Source: an uncultured Candidatus Rokubacteria bacterium (lineage in GTDB: Bacteria; Methylomirabilota; Methylomirabilia; Rokubacteriales; CSP1-6). Taken from it: 64,000 nucleotides of DNA. Below the pieces are notes generated by a model. The model had not been told where the DNA came from and ran no database searches. It worked only from the letters and a program-made list of their open reading frames with translations. The stretch covers positions 256,001 to 320,000 of the forward strand of contig CAWBMV010000006.1 in NCBI GenBank assembly GCA_963789955.1, given 5' to 3'. The position numbers and the translations under genes were made by a program. Shown here piece by piece: positions 20,687 to 31,493 of this stretch (within the stretch, counting starts at the first letter, position 1; every line of letters begins with the position of its first letter).

Positions 20687-21459
20687 TCGGCCGGCTCCGC
20701 GCGTACGTCGTCGACGACGAGCCGGGCGCCTTGAAGCAGGTCGTGCAGAGCCTGAAGTCGACGGGGCGGGTCGACGTGGTCGGAACGGCGACGGCGGCGG
20801 AGACGGCGCTCATCGAGATTCCCGCGCTCGACGTCGAGACGCTCTTCCTCGACATCCACATGCCCGGGATGACCGGGTTCGAGCTGCTCCAGCGGCTGAC
20901 GGTGAGCCCGCTCGTGGTGTTCGTCACCGCCTTCGACGAGTATGCGTTGCAGGCGTTCGAGGCCGCCGCGGTCGACTATCTCCTGAAGCCCGTCAAGCGC
21001 GAGCGTGTCGAGCGCACGCTCGAACGCCTCGAGAGTCGGCGCGCCGATTCCAGCGCCGCCGGCGTGCAGGCCGTCCTGGAGCGCCTCGCGCGCCACTACC
21101 GCGACGCTCGCGTGCCGGCCTACGCCGACCGCATCAGCGTCGACCTCGGCCAACAGCGCACCCAGCTCGTGGAGACCGCCAAGATCACGCACTTCGTGGC
21201 GCAGGGAAAGGGCACCTTGGCCATGACGGCGACGGGCAGCCATCTCGTGGATCGCGCGCTCGGCGAGCTCGAGGAGCGGCTGGACCCGCGGCAGTTCGTT
21301 CGCATCCACCGGAGCGCCCTCGTCAACCTGGCCTGGGTCGGCGAGGTTCGTCCCGAGCTCGGCGGGCGGCTCGTGGTGCGGCTCAAGGACGCGGCCCAGA
21401 CGGAGCTTCAGGTGGCGCGCGACCGGGCTCGGGCGTTCAAAGAACGCCTGGTGCTGTAG
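20683..21459 (+). CDS. LytTR-family response regulator
   Basis: VDDE, FLDIHMPGMTG, FVTAFDEYA, DYLLKP; FVRIHRSALVN LytTR motif. Confidence 0.95.
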   Translation: MIGRLRAYVVDDEPGALKQVVQSLKSTGRVDVVGTATAAETALIEIPALDVETLFLDIHMPGMTGFELLQRLTVSPLVVFVTAFDEYALQAFEAAAVDYLLKPVKRERVERTLERLESRRADSSAAGVQAVLERLARHYRDARVPAYADRISVDLGQQRTQLVETAKITHFVAQGKGTLAMTATGSHLVDRALGELEERLDPRQFVRIHRSALVNLAWVGEVRPELGGRLVVRLKDAAQTELQVARDRARAFKERLVL

Positions 21460-21557
21460 TATCGCGGCCCTCGCTGGACCCTAGTCGAGTATCCCCAGTA
21501 CGACGCGACATGGGACGTTGACCAGGACGCCGTGCCATCCTAGGATGCCGGCTGCCG

Positions 21558-21692
21558 CCGGCCTATTGGGAGGTCTTCGAGGGGAAGGTCCTCAAGGCGC
21601 TGGAGCTCATCAAGCCGGGCGACGAGCTGCGCGTGACCGTCTTCCGCAACGACAGGGTTGTGGAGCTCACGACGAAATTTACCGGCTTCTAG
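21558..21692 (+). pseudogene. 3' remnant of a PDZ-containing (HtrA-like) gene
   Basis: Reads ..KVLKALELIKPGDELRVTVFRNDRVVELTTKFTGF*; no in-frame start after stop at 21519-21521. Confidence 0.55.
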
Positions 21693-21718
21693 CGTATCGC
21701 CGGCCGAGCTGGCGCCCG

Positions 21719-22750
21719 CTACTGGCTCGTGCCCGTGAGCTCGATGACCTTGCCGGCCCGAAGCACGCTCATCTTGATCGTGGAGCCCGGCGCCCCACCG
21801 GCCAACTTGTTGCGGATCTTCTCGATGCTCTCCTCGGACACCACGGGGATGTCGTCGACGGAGAGGATGATGTCGCCGCCGACGGGAATCTCCTTCCCTC
21901 CGATTGTCAGGACCCCGTCGGCTCCCTGCAGGCCCATGTTCCACGCCGTCGAGCCCTGAGCGACCGTCTTGACGAGAAACCCGGCGGGCGCGGGGACGTT
22001 GAAGACGCTCGCGAGACGGCCGGTGAGCAGCATGCCCTGGAGGGCGCCCCAGAACATCTTTCCAGGCACCAGGAGGCTTCGCGCGCTCTTGACCGTCACG
22101 ACGAAGCCCAGGCCTTCGCTGCCGCCCGACTTCGAGATGTTCTGGCTGACGATCGCGATGACCTCGCCCGCCATGTTGAACACGGGGCCGCCGGAGTTCC
22201 CCGTGTTGATCGTGGCCGTGGTCTGAAGGAACTCCGCCAGGGGCATATCGGGAAAGATCGTCTTGGGCGGCCAGCGTGCGCTGATCCAGCCCACGCTCAT
22301 CGAATAGGCGAGCCCGTAGGGCGCGCCGACGATCATGACCTGTTGGCCCACGCGCATCGCGTCGGAGTCGCCCATGCGCGCCACCCGCATGGCCTTGGTC
22401 ACGCGCTCGAGCTGTAAGAGCGCGACGTCGGCCGCCGAATCGGCCGCAAGGCGCGTCGCGCGTACGACCTCACCGGCGACGCCCTCCACAGTGATCTCGT
22501 CCATGCCGTTGACGACGTGTGCGGCCGTCATCACCCTGCCGTCGTTCGAGATCAGCACACCTGAGCCCGTCTCGTTGAAGCGGGTGATCCCCGCGGCGCC
22601 GACGTCGCGCCCCTTGGCGCGCACAACGACAACCGTCGGGCTGACCCGATTGAAGAGGTCATCCAGGCTCTGGCTCTGGGCAAAGGCCAAGGCGGCGGTG
22701 AAGGCCGGCAACGTGGCGACAACGAGCCACGCCGCGAGAAGCTTCCGCAT
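21719..22750 (-). CDS. HtrA/DegP-like trypsin serine protease with one PDZ domain
   Basis: Signal peptide; GSG, TAAHVV, DVALL, INTGNSGGP catalytic triad; GGDIILSVD PDZ. Confidence 0.92.
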   Translation of the reverse strand: MRKLLAAWLVVATLPAFTAALAFAQSQSLDDLFNRVSPTVVVVRAKGRDVGAAGITRFNETGSGVLISNDGRVMTAAHVVNGMDEITVEGVAGEVVRATRLAADSAADVALLQLERVTKAMRVARMGDSDAMRVGQQVMIVGAPYGLAYSMSVGWISARWPPKTIFPDMPLAEFLQTTATINTGNSGGPVFNMAGEVIAIVSQNISKSGGSEGLGFVVTVKSARSLLVPGKMFWGALQGMLLTGRLASVFNVPAPAGFLVKTVAQGSTAWNMGLQGADGVLTIGGKEIPVGGDIILSVDDIPVVSEESIEKIRNKLAGGAPGSTIKMSVLRAGKVIELTGTSQ

Positions 22751-22809
22751 CGGGCAACGCATCGCTGGAATATACCGCGGTCCCGTTCGTCGCGGCGTAT
22801 CGAGCTCGT

Positions 22810-23226
22810 TCAGAGTGGCGGAGGCCCTGACTTCCTGGCCGCTCGCCACTCGGCGACGATCGTGTCGGCCTCGAGCGGGGCCAGGCGAGTTGGGGGGCCT
22901 TCGCCTGCGCGCGCGTTCACCCGGGCGATCTCGGCGTTGAGCGCGCGGATTCGCTCGCGGACGGCGGCTTCGTCGGAAAGCTTCCAGATCCGCTCGATTT
23001 CGGCCTCGACCTTGCGCAAGAGCTCGAGGGACAGCGGCAGCATCGAAATCTTCTCACGCTGCACGAGCTTCTTCACCCACCAGTCCGGATCGTAGCTCTC
23101 GCCCAGGTCAGGCAGCGGCTTGCCCGCGCCGGGAAGGTTGTCGAACGCGCCTTCTTCGCGGGCGAGCCGGATCAGCTCCTCGCGCCACGAGTCCCAGCTC
23201 TTGCCGGCAGGTTTGCGCTCGGTCAC
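22810..23226 (-). CDS. DUF1992 domain protein
   Basis: IRLAREEGAFDNLPGAGKPLP...WWVK signature. Confidence 0.85.
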   Translation of the reverse strand: MTERKPAGKSWDSWREELIRLAREEGAFDNLPGAGKPLPDLGESYDPDWWVKKLVQREKISMLPLSLELLRKVEAEIERIWKLSDEAAVRERIRALNAEIARVNARAGEGPPTRLAPLEADTIVAEWRAARKSGPPPL

Positions 23227-23310
23227 ACCGCTATCAAACGAACGCGCCGGACCAATGTCAAGAAGCAGCCTCGTACGAGTGGTATTCTTGCCGCCCGAAG
23301 GAGACAACCC

Positions 23311-24246
23311 ATGGCCACCAATCTCGCCGTCGTCGTCGATCCGGATGCGCCGGGTCGGCTCGTCATCCGTCCCGTGCCCGAGCCCACGGCCGATCGGGAC
23401 GAAGCGGTCGTGCGCGTCCACGCGATCTCGCTCAACCGCGGTGAGGTTCGCCGCTCGGGCATGGCCGCCGCCGGCTGGCGACCCGGCTGGGACCTCGCCG
23501 GTGTCGTCGAGCGCGCCGCGGCGGACGGGCAAGGCCCGGCGGTCGGGACGCGCGTGGTCGGATTCCTCAGCGAAGGCGCATGGGCCCAGCGAGTGGTCGT
23601 GCCTCGAAACGCGCTGGCCGAGCTGCCCGACAAGGTGACCTTCCCGCAGGCCGCCACGTTCCCGGTGGCGGGGCTCACGGCGCTCCAGGCGCTCGGCAAG
23701 GGCGGGCCGCTCCTCGGCAAGCGCGTGCTGGTGACCGGCGCGACGGGCGGCGTCGGCGACTTCGCGGTCCAGCTGGCGAGGCTGGCCGGTGCGCACGTGA
23801 CGGCCGGCGTGCGGCGGGCCGACCAGGTGCCGACGGTGCGCGAGCTCGGCGCCCACGACGTGGTCGTCGGTGACACGATCGCTGCCTCGCCGAAGTACGA
23901 CGTGATCATCGAATCGGTCGGCGGAAAGACCCTCGGCACCGCACTGGCCGCGCTCCAGCGCGGCGGCGTGTGCGTGACGCTCGGCGTGTCCGCCTCGTCC
24001 GAGGTCACGTTCGACGCGCGGGACTTCTTCGTCACCGGGCGGTCGACGCTCTACGGCTTCTACCTCTTCACCGAATTCGTGGGCGAGCCGGCCTCCGTCG
24101 GCCTGCGCCGGCTGGCCGACCTCGTCGCCGCCGGGCAGCTCTCGCCGCACATCAGCCTGGAACGGCCGTGGAAGGAGATCGCGCAGGTGGCGCAGGACCT
24201 GATGGCCCGCAGGTTTCCCGGCAAGGCCGTGCTCATCGTGGACTGA
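23311..24246 (+). CDS. MDR family NADPH:quinone oxidoreductase-like protein (no Zn ligands)
   Basis: AISLNRGE, PGWDLAGVV, VTGATGGVG, GKAVL. Confidence 0.85.
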   Translation: MATNLAVVVDPDAPGRLVIRPVPEPTADRDEAVVRVHAISLNRGEVRRSGMAAAGWRPGWDLAGVVERAAADGQGPAVGTRVVGFLSEGAWAQRVVVPRNALAELPDKVTFPQAATFPVAGLTALQALGKGGPLLGKRVLVTGATGGVGDFAVQLARLAGAHVTAGVRRADQVPTVRELGAHDVVVGDTIAASPKYDVIIESVGGKTLGTALAALQRGGVCVTLGVSASSEVTFDARDFFVTGRSTLYGFYLFTEFVGEPASVGLRRLADLVAAGQLSPHISLERPWKEIAQVAQDLMARRFPGKAVLIVD

Positions 24247-24255
24247 GAGGATCTC

Positions 24256-25041
24256 ATGTTCGACTTCAAGGGCCACTCGGTCCTCGTCACGGGTGCGGGC
24301 GCGGGCATCGGTCTCGGCATCGCGCAGGCGTTTCACCAGGCCGGCGCACGCGTCGCGCTCGGCGATCTGCGCGAGGCCGGGCTGAAGCGAGCCGCCGAGG
24401 TCATCGGGCGCTCGGATCGCGTGTTCTCGAAGACGGTCGACGTTCGCGATGGCAAATCGGTCGCCGACTTCGTGCAGGCGGCGGAGCGCGAGATCGGGCC
24501 GTTGACCGTCGGCGTCGCCAACGCCGGGGTCTATCCGAACAGCCCGGTCCTCGACATGACGGTCGAGGAGTGGGACCGCGTGATCGAGACGAACATGCGC
24601 GGCGTGTTCCATACCTGCCAGGCGGTGGCCCGGCGCATGGTCGCCCAGGGAACGCCGGGCAAGCTGATCACGATCTCGTCGGGCGCCTACAACAGCGGCC
24701 GCAAGGGCGCCGCGCACTACTGCGCCTCGAAGGCCGGCGTCGTGATGTTCACCAAGGTGCTGGCGATGGAGCTCGGACCGCATCAGATCAACGTCAACTG
24801 CATCGCGCCGGGCCTGATCACCGTCGACCGGAATCTGAACGAGGTGTCGGACGAGTACGTGAAGACCCTGGTCGGCACGATCCCGTGGGGCCGGCCCGGA
24901 TCGCCCGAGGACATCGCCCGCGCGGCGTTGTTCCTGGCCTCGCCGTTCGCGGAGTTCATCACCGGTGAAGTGCTAAGTGTGGACGGCGGCAGCGGAACCG
25001 GCCGGACGTACCTGCCGTACAGCGGGACGACCAAGCGCTGA
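24256..25041 (+). CDS. SDR family oxidoreductase
   Basis: TGAGAGIG, NAG, YCASK, ITGEVLSVDGG. Confidence 0.92.
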   Translation: MFDFKGHSVLVTGAGAGIGLGIAQAFHQAGARVALGDLREAGLKRAAEVIGRSDRVFSKTVDVRDGKSVADFVQAAEREIGPLTVGVANAGVYPNSPVLDMTVEEWDRVIETNMRGVFHTCQAVARRMVAQGTPGKLITISSGAYNSGRKGAAHYCASKAGVVMFTKVLAMELGPHQINVNCIAPGLITVDRNLNEVSDEYVKTLVGTIPWGRPGSPEDIARAALFLASPFAEFITGEVLSVDGGSGTGRTYLPYSGTTKR

Positions 25042-25045
25042 GGGG

Positions 25046-25914
25046 TCAGACCTTCAGGCGCGGGATCGAGCACGTCGCGAAGCCCGTCGCCGAGCAGGTT
25101 CATCGCGAGCACCGTCAGCATGATGCCGAGGCCGGGTACCGTCGAGATCCACCAGGCCTCGCGCAGGTAGTCGCGCCCCTCGCTCAGCATCCGCCCCCAC
25201 TCCGGCTGCGGCGGCTGGCTGCCGAGCCCGAGAAAGCTGAGCGCCGCGGCCGAGAGGATCGCGGTGCCCAGACCGAGCGTGCCCGTGACGATGAGCGGCG
25301 CGACGACATTCGGCAGGATGTAGCGGGAGACGATCGACAGATCGCGGCTGCCGAGCGCCCGCGCGGCTTCCACGTAGAGCTGCTCCCGGGCCGAGAGCAC
25401 GCTGGCCCGGACGAGCCGGGCGTAGTTCGGCACCGCCGACAGGCCCACCGCGATCATGACGTTGTTCAGACCGGGGCTCAGCACGCTCACGATCGCCAGA
25501 GCGAGCAGGATGCCCGGGAACGCGAGCAGGACGTCCACGACGCGCATCACGAACCCGTCGACCCGCCCGCCGTAGTAGCCCGACATCAGCCCGACGGGCG
25601 TCCCGAGCCCGACCGCGATCGAGACCGAGATGAGACCGACCGTCAGCGACGAGCCGGGCGCCGTGCAGCGCGCGGCTCGCGACGTCGCGGCCGTACTGGT
25701 CGCTTCCGAGCAGAAACCGCGGTCCCGGCGCCTGAAGCGCCTCGCGCGGGGACGTCTTGATCGGATCGCGCGGGCTGAGCCACGGGGCCGCCAGGGCCAT
25801 CAGCGCGAGCGCCGCCAGGATGGCGAGGCCGAGCACGGCGCCCCGCTGGCGCAGCAGGCGCCGGAGCGCGCCGCGGCGGCTACCCGAAGCGGATTCGGGG
25901 GTCGACGAAGGCAT
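25046..25914 (-). CDS. Peptide/nickel ABC permease (DppC/OppC-like); frameshifts near 25650 and 25060
   Basis: LGSDQYGRD, YVEAARALG, ALSFLGLG..PP.PEWG, GDGLRDVLDP. Confidence 0.88.
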
Positions 25915-26803
25915 AGGTGATGTCGACGAGGACGTTGATCAGCACGTAGGCCGTCGCGACGAACAGCACGGTGCCCTGCACGAGCGGAAAGTCCTTGGAG
26001 AGAATTCCGCCGACGATGAGCCGGCCGAGGCCCGGCCGGCTGAAGACGGTCTCGACGATCACGGCACCGGCCAGTAGATTGCCGAACTGCAGGCCGAAGA
26101 TCGTGATCACCGGGATCAGCGCGTTCTTCAGCGCGTGCCGCACCACGACCCCCCACCACGCCAGTCCCTTGGCCCGCGCGGTGCGCACGTAGTCCTGGCC
26201 GAGGACCTCGAGCATGCTCGAGCGCGTGAGGCGCGCGATGATGGCCGAGGCGATCATCCCGAGCGTGACGGCCGGCAGCACGAGGTGCCAGAGATCGCCG
26301 CCGCCCGTGGCGGGGAACCAGCCCAGGTGCAGCGAGAACGTGACGATCATCAGAAGGCCGAGCCAGAAGCTCGGCATCGACACGCCGAGCAGGGCCACGA
26401 TCATCGAGCCCGCGTCGAACCAGGAGCTGCGGAACAGCGCCGCCATGAGCCCGAGCGGCACGCCGATCGCCACGGCCACCGCCATGCTCGCCACGGCGAG
26501 CTGCGCGGTGCTCCCGACGTTCTCGCCGATCTCGGTCGAGACGGCGCGGCGGCTCCGGATCGAGGTGCCGAGATCGCCGCGCGCGGCGTTGGCCACGAAG
26601 CGTCCGTACTGCTTCAGGATCGGCTCGTCGAGGTGGAGCTGCGCCCGCATCTGGGCGACCTGATCCGGCGTGGTGACGAACTCGGCGAGCATGATCTTGA
26701 CCGGGTCGCCCGGGACCAGGAACAGCATGCTGAAGACGGCGAGGGTCACCCCGAATAGCACGGGGACCACGGCCAGCAGCCGCCGGGCGAGGTACGTCAG
26801 CAC
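25880..26803 (-). CDS. Peptide/nickel ABC permease (DppB/OppB-like)
   Basis: PGDP, GDLGTS, DYVRTARAKGL, VETVFSRPGLG, DPRIR. Confidence 0.92.
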   Translation of the reverse strand: MLTYLARRLLAVVPVLFGVTLAVFSMLFLVPGDPVKIMLAEFVTTPDQVAQMRAQLHLDEPILKQYGRFVANAARGDLGTSIRSRRAVSTEIGENVGSTAQLAVASMAVAVAIGVPLGLMAALFRSSWFDAGSMIVALLGVSMPSFWLGLLMIVTFSLHLGWFPATGGGDLWHLVLPAVTLGMIASAIIARLTRSSMLEVLGQDYVRTARAKGLAWWGVVVRHALKNALIPVITIFGLQFGNLLAGAVIVETVFSRPGLGRLIVGGILSKDFPLVQGTVLFVATAYVLINVLVDITYAFVDPRIRFG

Positions 26804-26823
26804 GCCGGGGCGGAGCTCACGCG

Positions 26824-28434
26824 CTACCGGCGGATCGTGACGTCGCTCAGGACCGGATAGGCGTTGAAGTTATACTTCGCGCCCTGCACGTTCGCGCGGT
26901 ACGCCCACACCGAGAGATCGTCGAGGAGCGGCACCGTCAGGGCTTCGTCGACCGCGAGCTTCTCGATCGCCAGGTAGAGCGCCCGCCGCTTCGCCGGATC
27001 GAACTCGCGCCGCCCCTGCTCGAGCATCTGGTCGAGCTTGGCGTTCTTCACGCACGACCAGTTGAAGTTGCCGCCGACCATCGAGGAGTGGAACAGCGCG
27101 AACAGCCCGTCGGGGTCGATCGACCGCAGGAACATGACGGGGCCGTGGGTCGCGCAGCGATAGTTGTCCTCGTACCAGGGCGGCCGCGCCTGGGTCTTGA
27201 GCTTCACCTCGATGCCGACCTCGTGGAGCGAGGACTGGATGAGCTGCACGGCCGGCTCGGGGCCGCCGCCGTAGTCGATCGCGTTCAGGATGATCTCGAG
27301 CCGCTGGCCGCCCTTCGTCCTGATGCCGTCGCTGCCCGGCTGCCATCCCGCCTCGGCGAGCAGCGCGCCGGCCTTCGCCGCATCGAACGGATAGGCCTGG
27401 CGAAGCGCCGGGTCGTCGAGCATCACGGCCGTGAGCGGCGCGAACGCCTTGAGCGCGATGCCCTTGGCGACCGTCGCCAGCAGCGCGTCCTTGTCGACCG
27501 CGTAGTTGATCGCTCGCCGCACCCGCACGTCGTCGAGCGGCGGCTTGGTCGTGTTCAGGAGCCAGATGCGCGGCGCGCCGGGCCACGGAATCTTCTCGAC
27601 GCGGAGACCGCTGTTCTTTTCGAGTCGGGGCAGGGACTGCGCCGGGATCGCATAGATCGCCTGGGTCTCGCCGCTCTCGAGCGTCGTCACGCGAGTGCCC
27701 GCCTCCGGCACGAACTTCCAGACGATGCTGTCGAGGTACGCCGGCCCGCTCCGGTCGCTCCACGGCGCCTTCCGCGAGTAGGCGGGGTTGCGGACGATCG
27801 TCGTGTGGTCCTTCGCGACGTATTCAGTGACCATGAACGGCCCGGTGCCGACCGGACGCGTGTGCACCTGATCGCCGGTCTCGCGCACGGCCTTGGGCGA
27901 CACGATCGAGAGCGGGCCGGACGCCACCAGATTCAGAAACGGCGCGAAGGGCGCCTCGAAGTTCACCTGCAGGGTGTACTCGTCGAGCACCTTCGAGCCC
28001 GCGTAGGTCGTGAGCGCGGCGCGGGCGCCGCCGGCCTTGAACTTCGGATCGACGATCCGGTCGAAGTTGAACTTGACCGCCTCGGCGTTGAACGGCGTGC
28101 CGTCGTGGAACTTGACGTCGCGGCGGAGCTTGAACGTGACGCTGCGCCCGTCGCGGGCGCTCTGCCAGGACTCGGCGAGCCAGGGCACGAGCTTGCCGTC
28201 CGGTCCCCGGTAAAGCAGGTTCTCGGTGACCGAGCCGATGATCTGGTAGGTCACCGCCGACGGCGAGGCGTGCGGATCGAGCGTCGGCGGCTCCTGATCG
28301 AGGCCGATCACGAGCGTGCCGCCGCTCTGGGCCAGGGCAATCGGAGCGATGGCGCCGATGACGGCGAACGTCAGCAGCGCGGTGACGGCGATCCCGAGGG
28401 GGCGGAGCGAACGGTCTGTGCGCATGGTGGCCAA
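26824..28434 (-). CDS. Family 5 ABC substrate-binding protein
   Basis: Signal peptide, TLDPH, FKLRRDVKFHDGTPFNAEAVKF, GTGPF. Confidence 0.92.
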   Translation of the reverse strand: MATMRTDRSLRPLGIAVTALLTFAVIGAIAPIALAQSGGTLVIGLDQEPPTLDPHASPSAVTYQIIGSVTENLLYRGPDGKLVPWLAESWQSARDGRSVTFKLRRDVKFHDGTPFNAEAVKFNFDRIVDPKFKAGGARAALTTYAGSKVLDEYTLQVNFEAPFAPFLNLVASGPLSIVSPKAVRETGDQVHTRPVGTGPFMVTEYVAKDHTTIVRNPAYSRKAPWSDRSGPAYLDSIVWKFVPEAGTRVTTLESGETQAIYAIPAQSLPRLEKNSGLRVEKIPWPGAPRIWLLNTTKPPLDDVRVRRAINYAVDKDALLATVAKGIALKAFAPLTAVMLDDPALRQAYPFDAAKAGALLAEAGWQPGSDGIRTKGGQRLEIILNAIDYGGGPEPAVQLIQSSLHEVGIEVKLKTQARPPWYEDNYRCATHGPVMFLRSIDPDGLFALFHSSMVGGNFNWSCVKNAKLDQMLEQGRREFDPAKRRALYLAIEKLAVDEALTVPLLDDLSVWAYRANVQGAKYNFNAYPVLSDVTIRR

Positions 28435-28525
28435 TCCTGTCTTGCGACCCCCGCCGGCGTCAAGCCCTGGTTACTCCTTGACGGCGGCTCCGTCGGCCGG
28501 GCAGCATTCGCCCGAGGGTGATGAG

Positions 28526-30320
28526 ATGACAGACGAGCGAGAGCTGACCGAGCGGCTCGAGCGTGTGCGGCGCGGCTCCCTCGGCCGCCGAGAATTCGCC
28601 CGCGGCCTTCTGGCGCTCGGGCTCGCGCCTCCGCTGATCGCCGAGCTGCTTCGCTCGCGCGGCATCGCGCAGGCCCAGGCCAAGCGAGCGACCTTCAGCC
28701 CGACGCAAGCGCGGCGGCGGGGGTGACCTCAAGCTGCTCTGGTGGCAGGCGCCGACCATTCTCAACCCGCACCTGGCGGTCGGCGTGAAGGACGGCGACG
28801 GCTCGCGCCTCTTCTACGAGCCGCTCGTGTCGTTCGATCCCGACGGCAACTTCGTGCCGGTGCTGGCCGTCGAGGTGCCGACCGTGCAGAACGGCATGGT
28901 CGCGCGCGACGGCCTCTCGGTGACCGTCAGGCTGAAGAAGGGCGTGCACTGGCACGACGGCAAGCCGTTCACGGCCGACGACGTCGTCTTCACCTGGGAG
29001 TACGCGGCGGACCCGGCCACCCTGGCGGTGTCGGCCGGCTCGTTCCAGAGCATCGCCCGGGTCGACAAGCTCGACACGCACACGGTCAAGATCGTCTACA
29101 AGACGCCGACTCCCTTCTGGGCGAGCGCCTTTCGTGGCGTCATCGCCCAGGCACGTCTTCGAGCGCTTCAAGGGGGGAAAATCGCGCGAGGCCCCGGCCA
29201 ACCTCAAGCCCGTCGGCACCGGACCCTACCGCATCGTCGACTTCAAGCCCGGCGACGTCGTGCGCGCGGAGATCTTCCCGGGCGTATCACGAGCCGAACT
29301 GGCCCTTCTTCGACCGTCTCGAGATGAAGGGCGGGGGCGACGCCGTCTCGGCCGCGCGCGCCGTCCTGCAGACGGGCGAATACGATTTCGCCTGGAACAT
29401 GCAGGTCGAAGACGAGCTGCTGCAGCGGATGGAGCGGGGCGGCAAGGGCAAGATCGAGATCGCCTGGGGCGGCGGCATCGAGCACATCGTCTGCAACTTC
29501 TCCGATCCGTGGCGTGAGGTCGACGGCGAGCGATCGAGCCTCAAAGCCCCGCATCCGTTCCTCACCGATCCGAGCGTCCGTTCGGCGCTCAGCCTCCTGG
29601 TCGACCGCGCGGCGATCCAGGAGCAGATCTACGGTCGTTTCGGCGCGGACCACCGCGAACTATCTGAACGCGCCGGAGATGTTCCGCTCCAAAAACACGC
29701 GCTGGGAGTTCAGCCTCGAGAAGGCGTCCAAGGTCCTCGACGACGCCGGGTGGCGGCGAGGGCCCGACGGGATCAGGACCAAGGACGGTAAGCGCCTGCG
29801 CATGCTCTTCCAGTCCTCGATCAACGCGTCGCGCCAGCGGACCCAGGCCATCGTCAAGCAGGCGTCCGCGAAAGTCGGGATCGAGATGGAGCTGAAGTCG
29901 ATCGTGCCCGCCGTCTATTTCTCGGCGGACCCCGGGAACCCGGACACGGTGGCGCACTTCTCGGCCGATCTGCAGATGTACAGCTTCAACGCCAACTCGC
30001 CCGACCCGCAGCGATTCATGGACCCGTTCGTGTCGTGGGAAATCGCGCAAAAGGCCAACAAGTGGGCGGGGCTCAACTCCACGCGCTGGCACGACGACGA
30101 ATACGACCGGCTCGCGCGGGCGGCGCGGTCCGAGATGGATGCGGTCAAGCGCGCGGCGGCGTACATCCAGATGAACGATCTGATCGCGCGGCACGTCGTG
30201 GTCATCCCGTTTCTGTGGCGCGGAAGCGCCGTCGCCGTCTCGAATCGCCTGCGCGGCACGGACATCAGCGGCTGGGACTCCGATTGCTGGAACATCGCGC
30301 ACTGGTACCGGGAGACGTAA
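28526..30320 (+). CDS. Family 5 ABC substrate-binding protein with Tat-like signal; several frameshifts
   Basis: GRREF motif; WQAPTILNPHL, LKKGVHWHDGKPFTADDV, PVGTGPY, WNIAHWY. Confidence 0.85.
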
Positions 30321-30378
30321 GTAGTGCGCGCTGCAAGCCGTCGCGGGGCTGGGGCCCCGCCGGCTGAGGCGCGCCTAC
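30321..30378 (+). repeat. Dispersed ~58-bp intergenic element, copy 1
   Basis: gtagtgcgcgctgcaagccgtcgcggggctggggccccgccggctgaggcgcgcctac. Confidence 0.85.
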
Positions 30379-30418
30379 AAACGAGGTATCTTAGGGCCCA
30401 CTCGGGAGGGACCTGACC

Positions 30419-31482
30419 GTGGACTTCGGCATCATGACCGCGAAGGTCGACGAGATCGGCTACATCACGCGCGCCGAGAACCTCGGCTACACGCACGCCT
30501 GGGTCACCGACAGCCCGATGATCCGCTCGAACTGTTGGGCCGTCCTCGCGCTGGCGGCGCACCAGACTCGTACGATCCGCCTGGGCACCGGCGTGAACGT
30601 TCCAGGGCTCCGCCTCGCTCCGGTGGCCGCCAACGGCATCGCGACGATCAATCGTCTGGCGCCGGGCCGCTGCTTCATGAGCCTCGGCACCGGCCACACC
30701 GGCATGCGCTTGCTCGGTCAGCGCCCGATGCGTCTGGGACCGTTTCGCGAGTACGTCCAGGCCGTACGCGGGCTCCTCAGCGGCGAGGACGTCGAGTACA
30801 GCCTGAACGGCGAGACTCACCGCATCCGCTTCCAGATGCGCGAGCATCGATTCATCGATCTCGAGCACCCCGTGCCGCTCTACGTCGCCGGCTTCGGCCC
30901 GAAAGCTCAAGCCCTGGCGGGAGAGATCGGCGACGGGCTCGTCTCCGGCCTGCCGCGCGGCGGGACGATGCACGAGATGGTGGCGAACGCGCGCCGCGGC
31001 GCAGCGAAGGCCGGACGCGCCTTGCCCGCCGACTTTCACGTCGCGGCGATGGTGACCTTGGCCCTGCGGCAGCCCGGCGAAGCGCCCGACTCCGAACGGA
31101 TCGTCGCCGAGTGCGGCGCCGCCGTGCTCTCCGGCCTTCACTATCTCGTGGCGCGGCATCTCGAGACCGGCGAGGACCCGCCGGAGTACGCGCGGCCGGT
31201 CTGGAAGTCGTATCTGGACTGGCTGTCGGAAGCGCCGCCGGCCGTCCGCCACCAGCGTCTGCACGGCAGCCACTACAGCTTCGTCGATCCTGACGAGGCG
31301 CGCTTCGTGACGGCGGACCTGATCGCGGCGACGTGCTTGAGCGGGACGCCGCCGGAGCTGGTCGAGCGGATCAAGACGCTCGAGCGAGAGGGGCTCCGCC
31401 AGATCATGCTCTATCCGCCGCTGAACCGTCAGTACCGCGTGATCGAAGACTTCGCCGACAAGGTCATGGCTCGACTCTCTAG
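30419..31482 (+). CDS. LLM class flavin/F420-type oxidoreductase; stop codon appears shifted by an indel
   Basis: AENLGYTHAWVTDS, IRLGTGV, APGR..LGTG, LYVAGFGPK...AGEIGDG; ends ..DKVMARL before the next RBS. Confidence 0.85.
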
Positions 31483-31493
31483 GAGAGACACCC

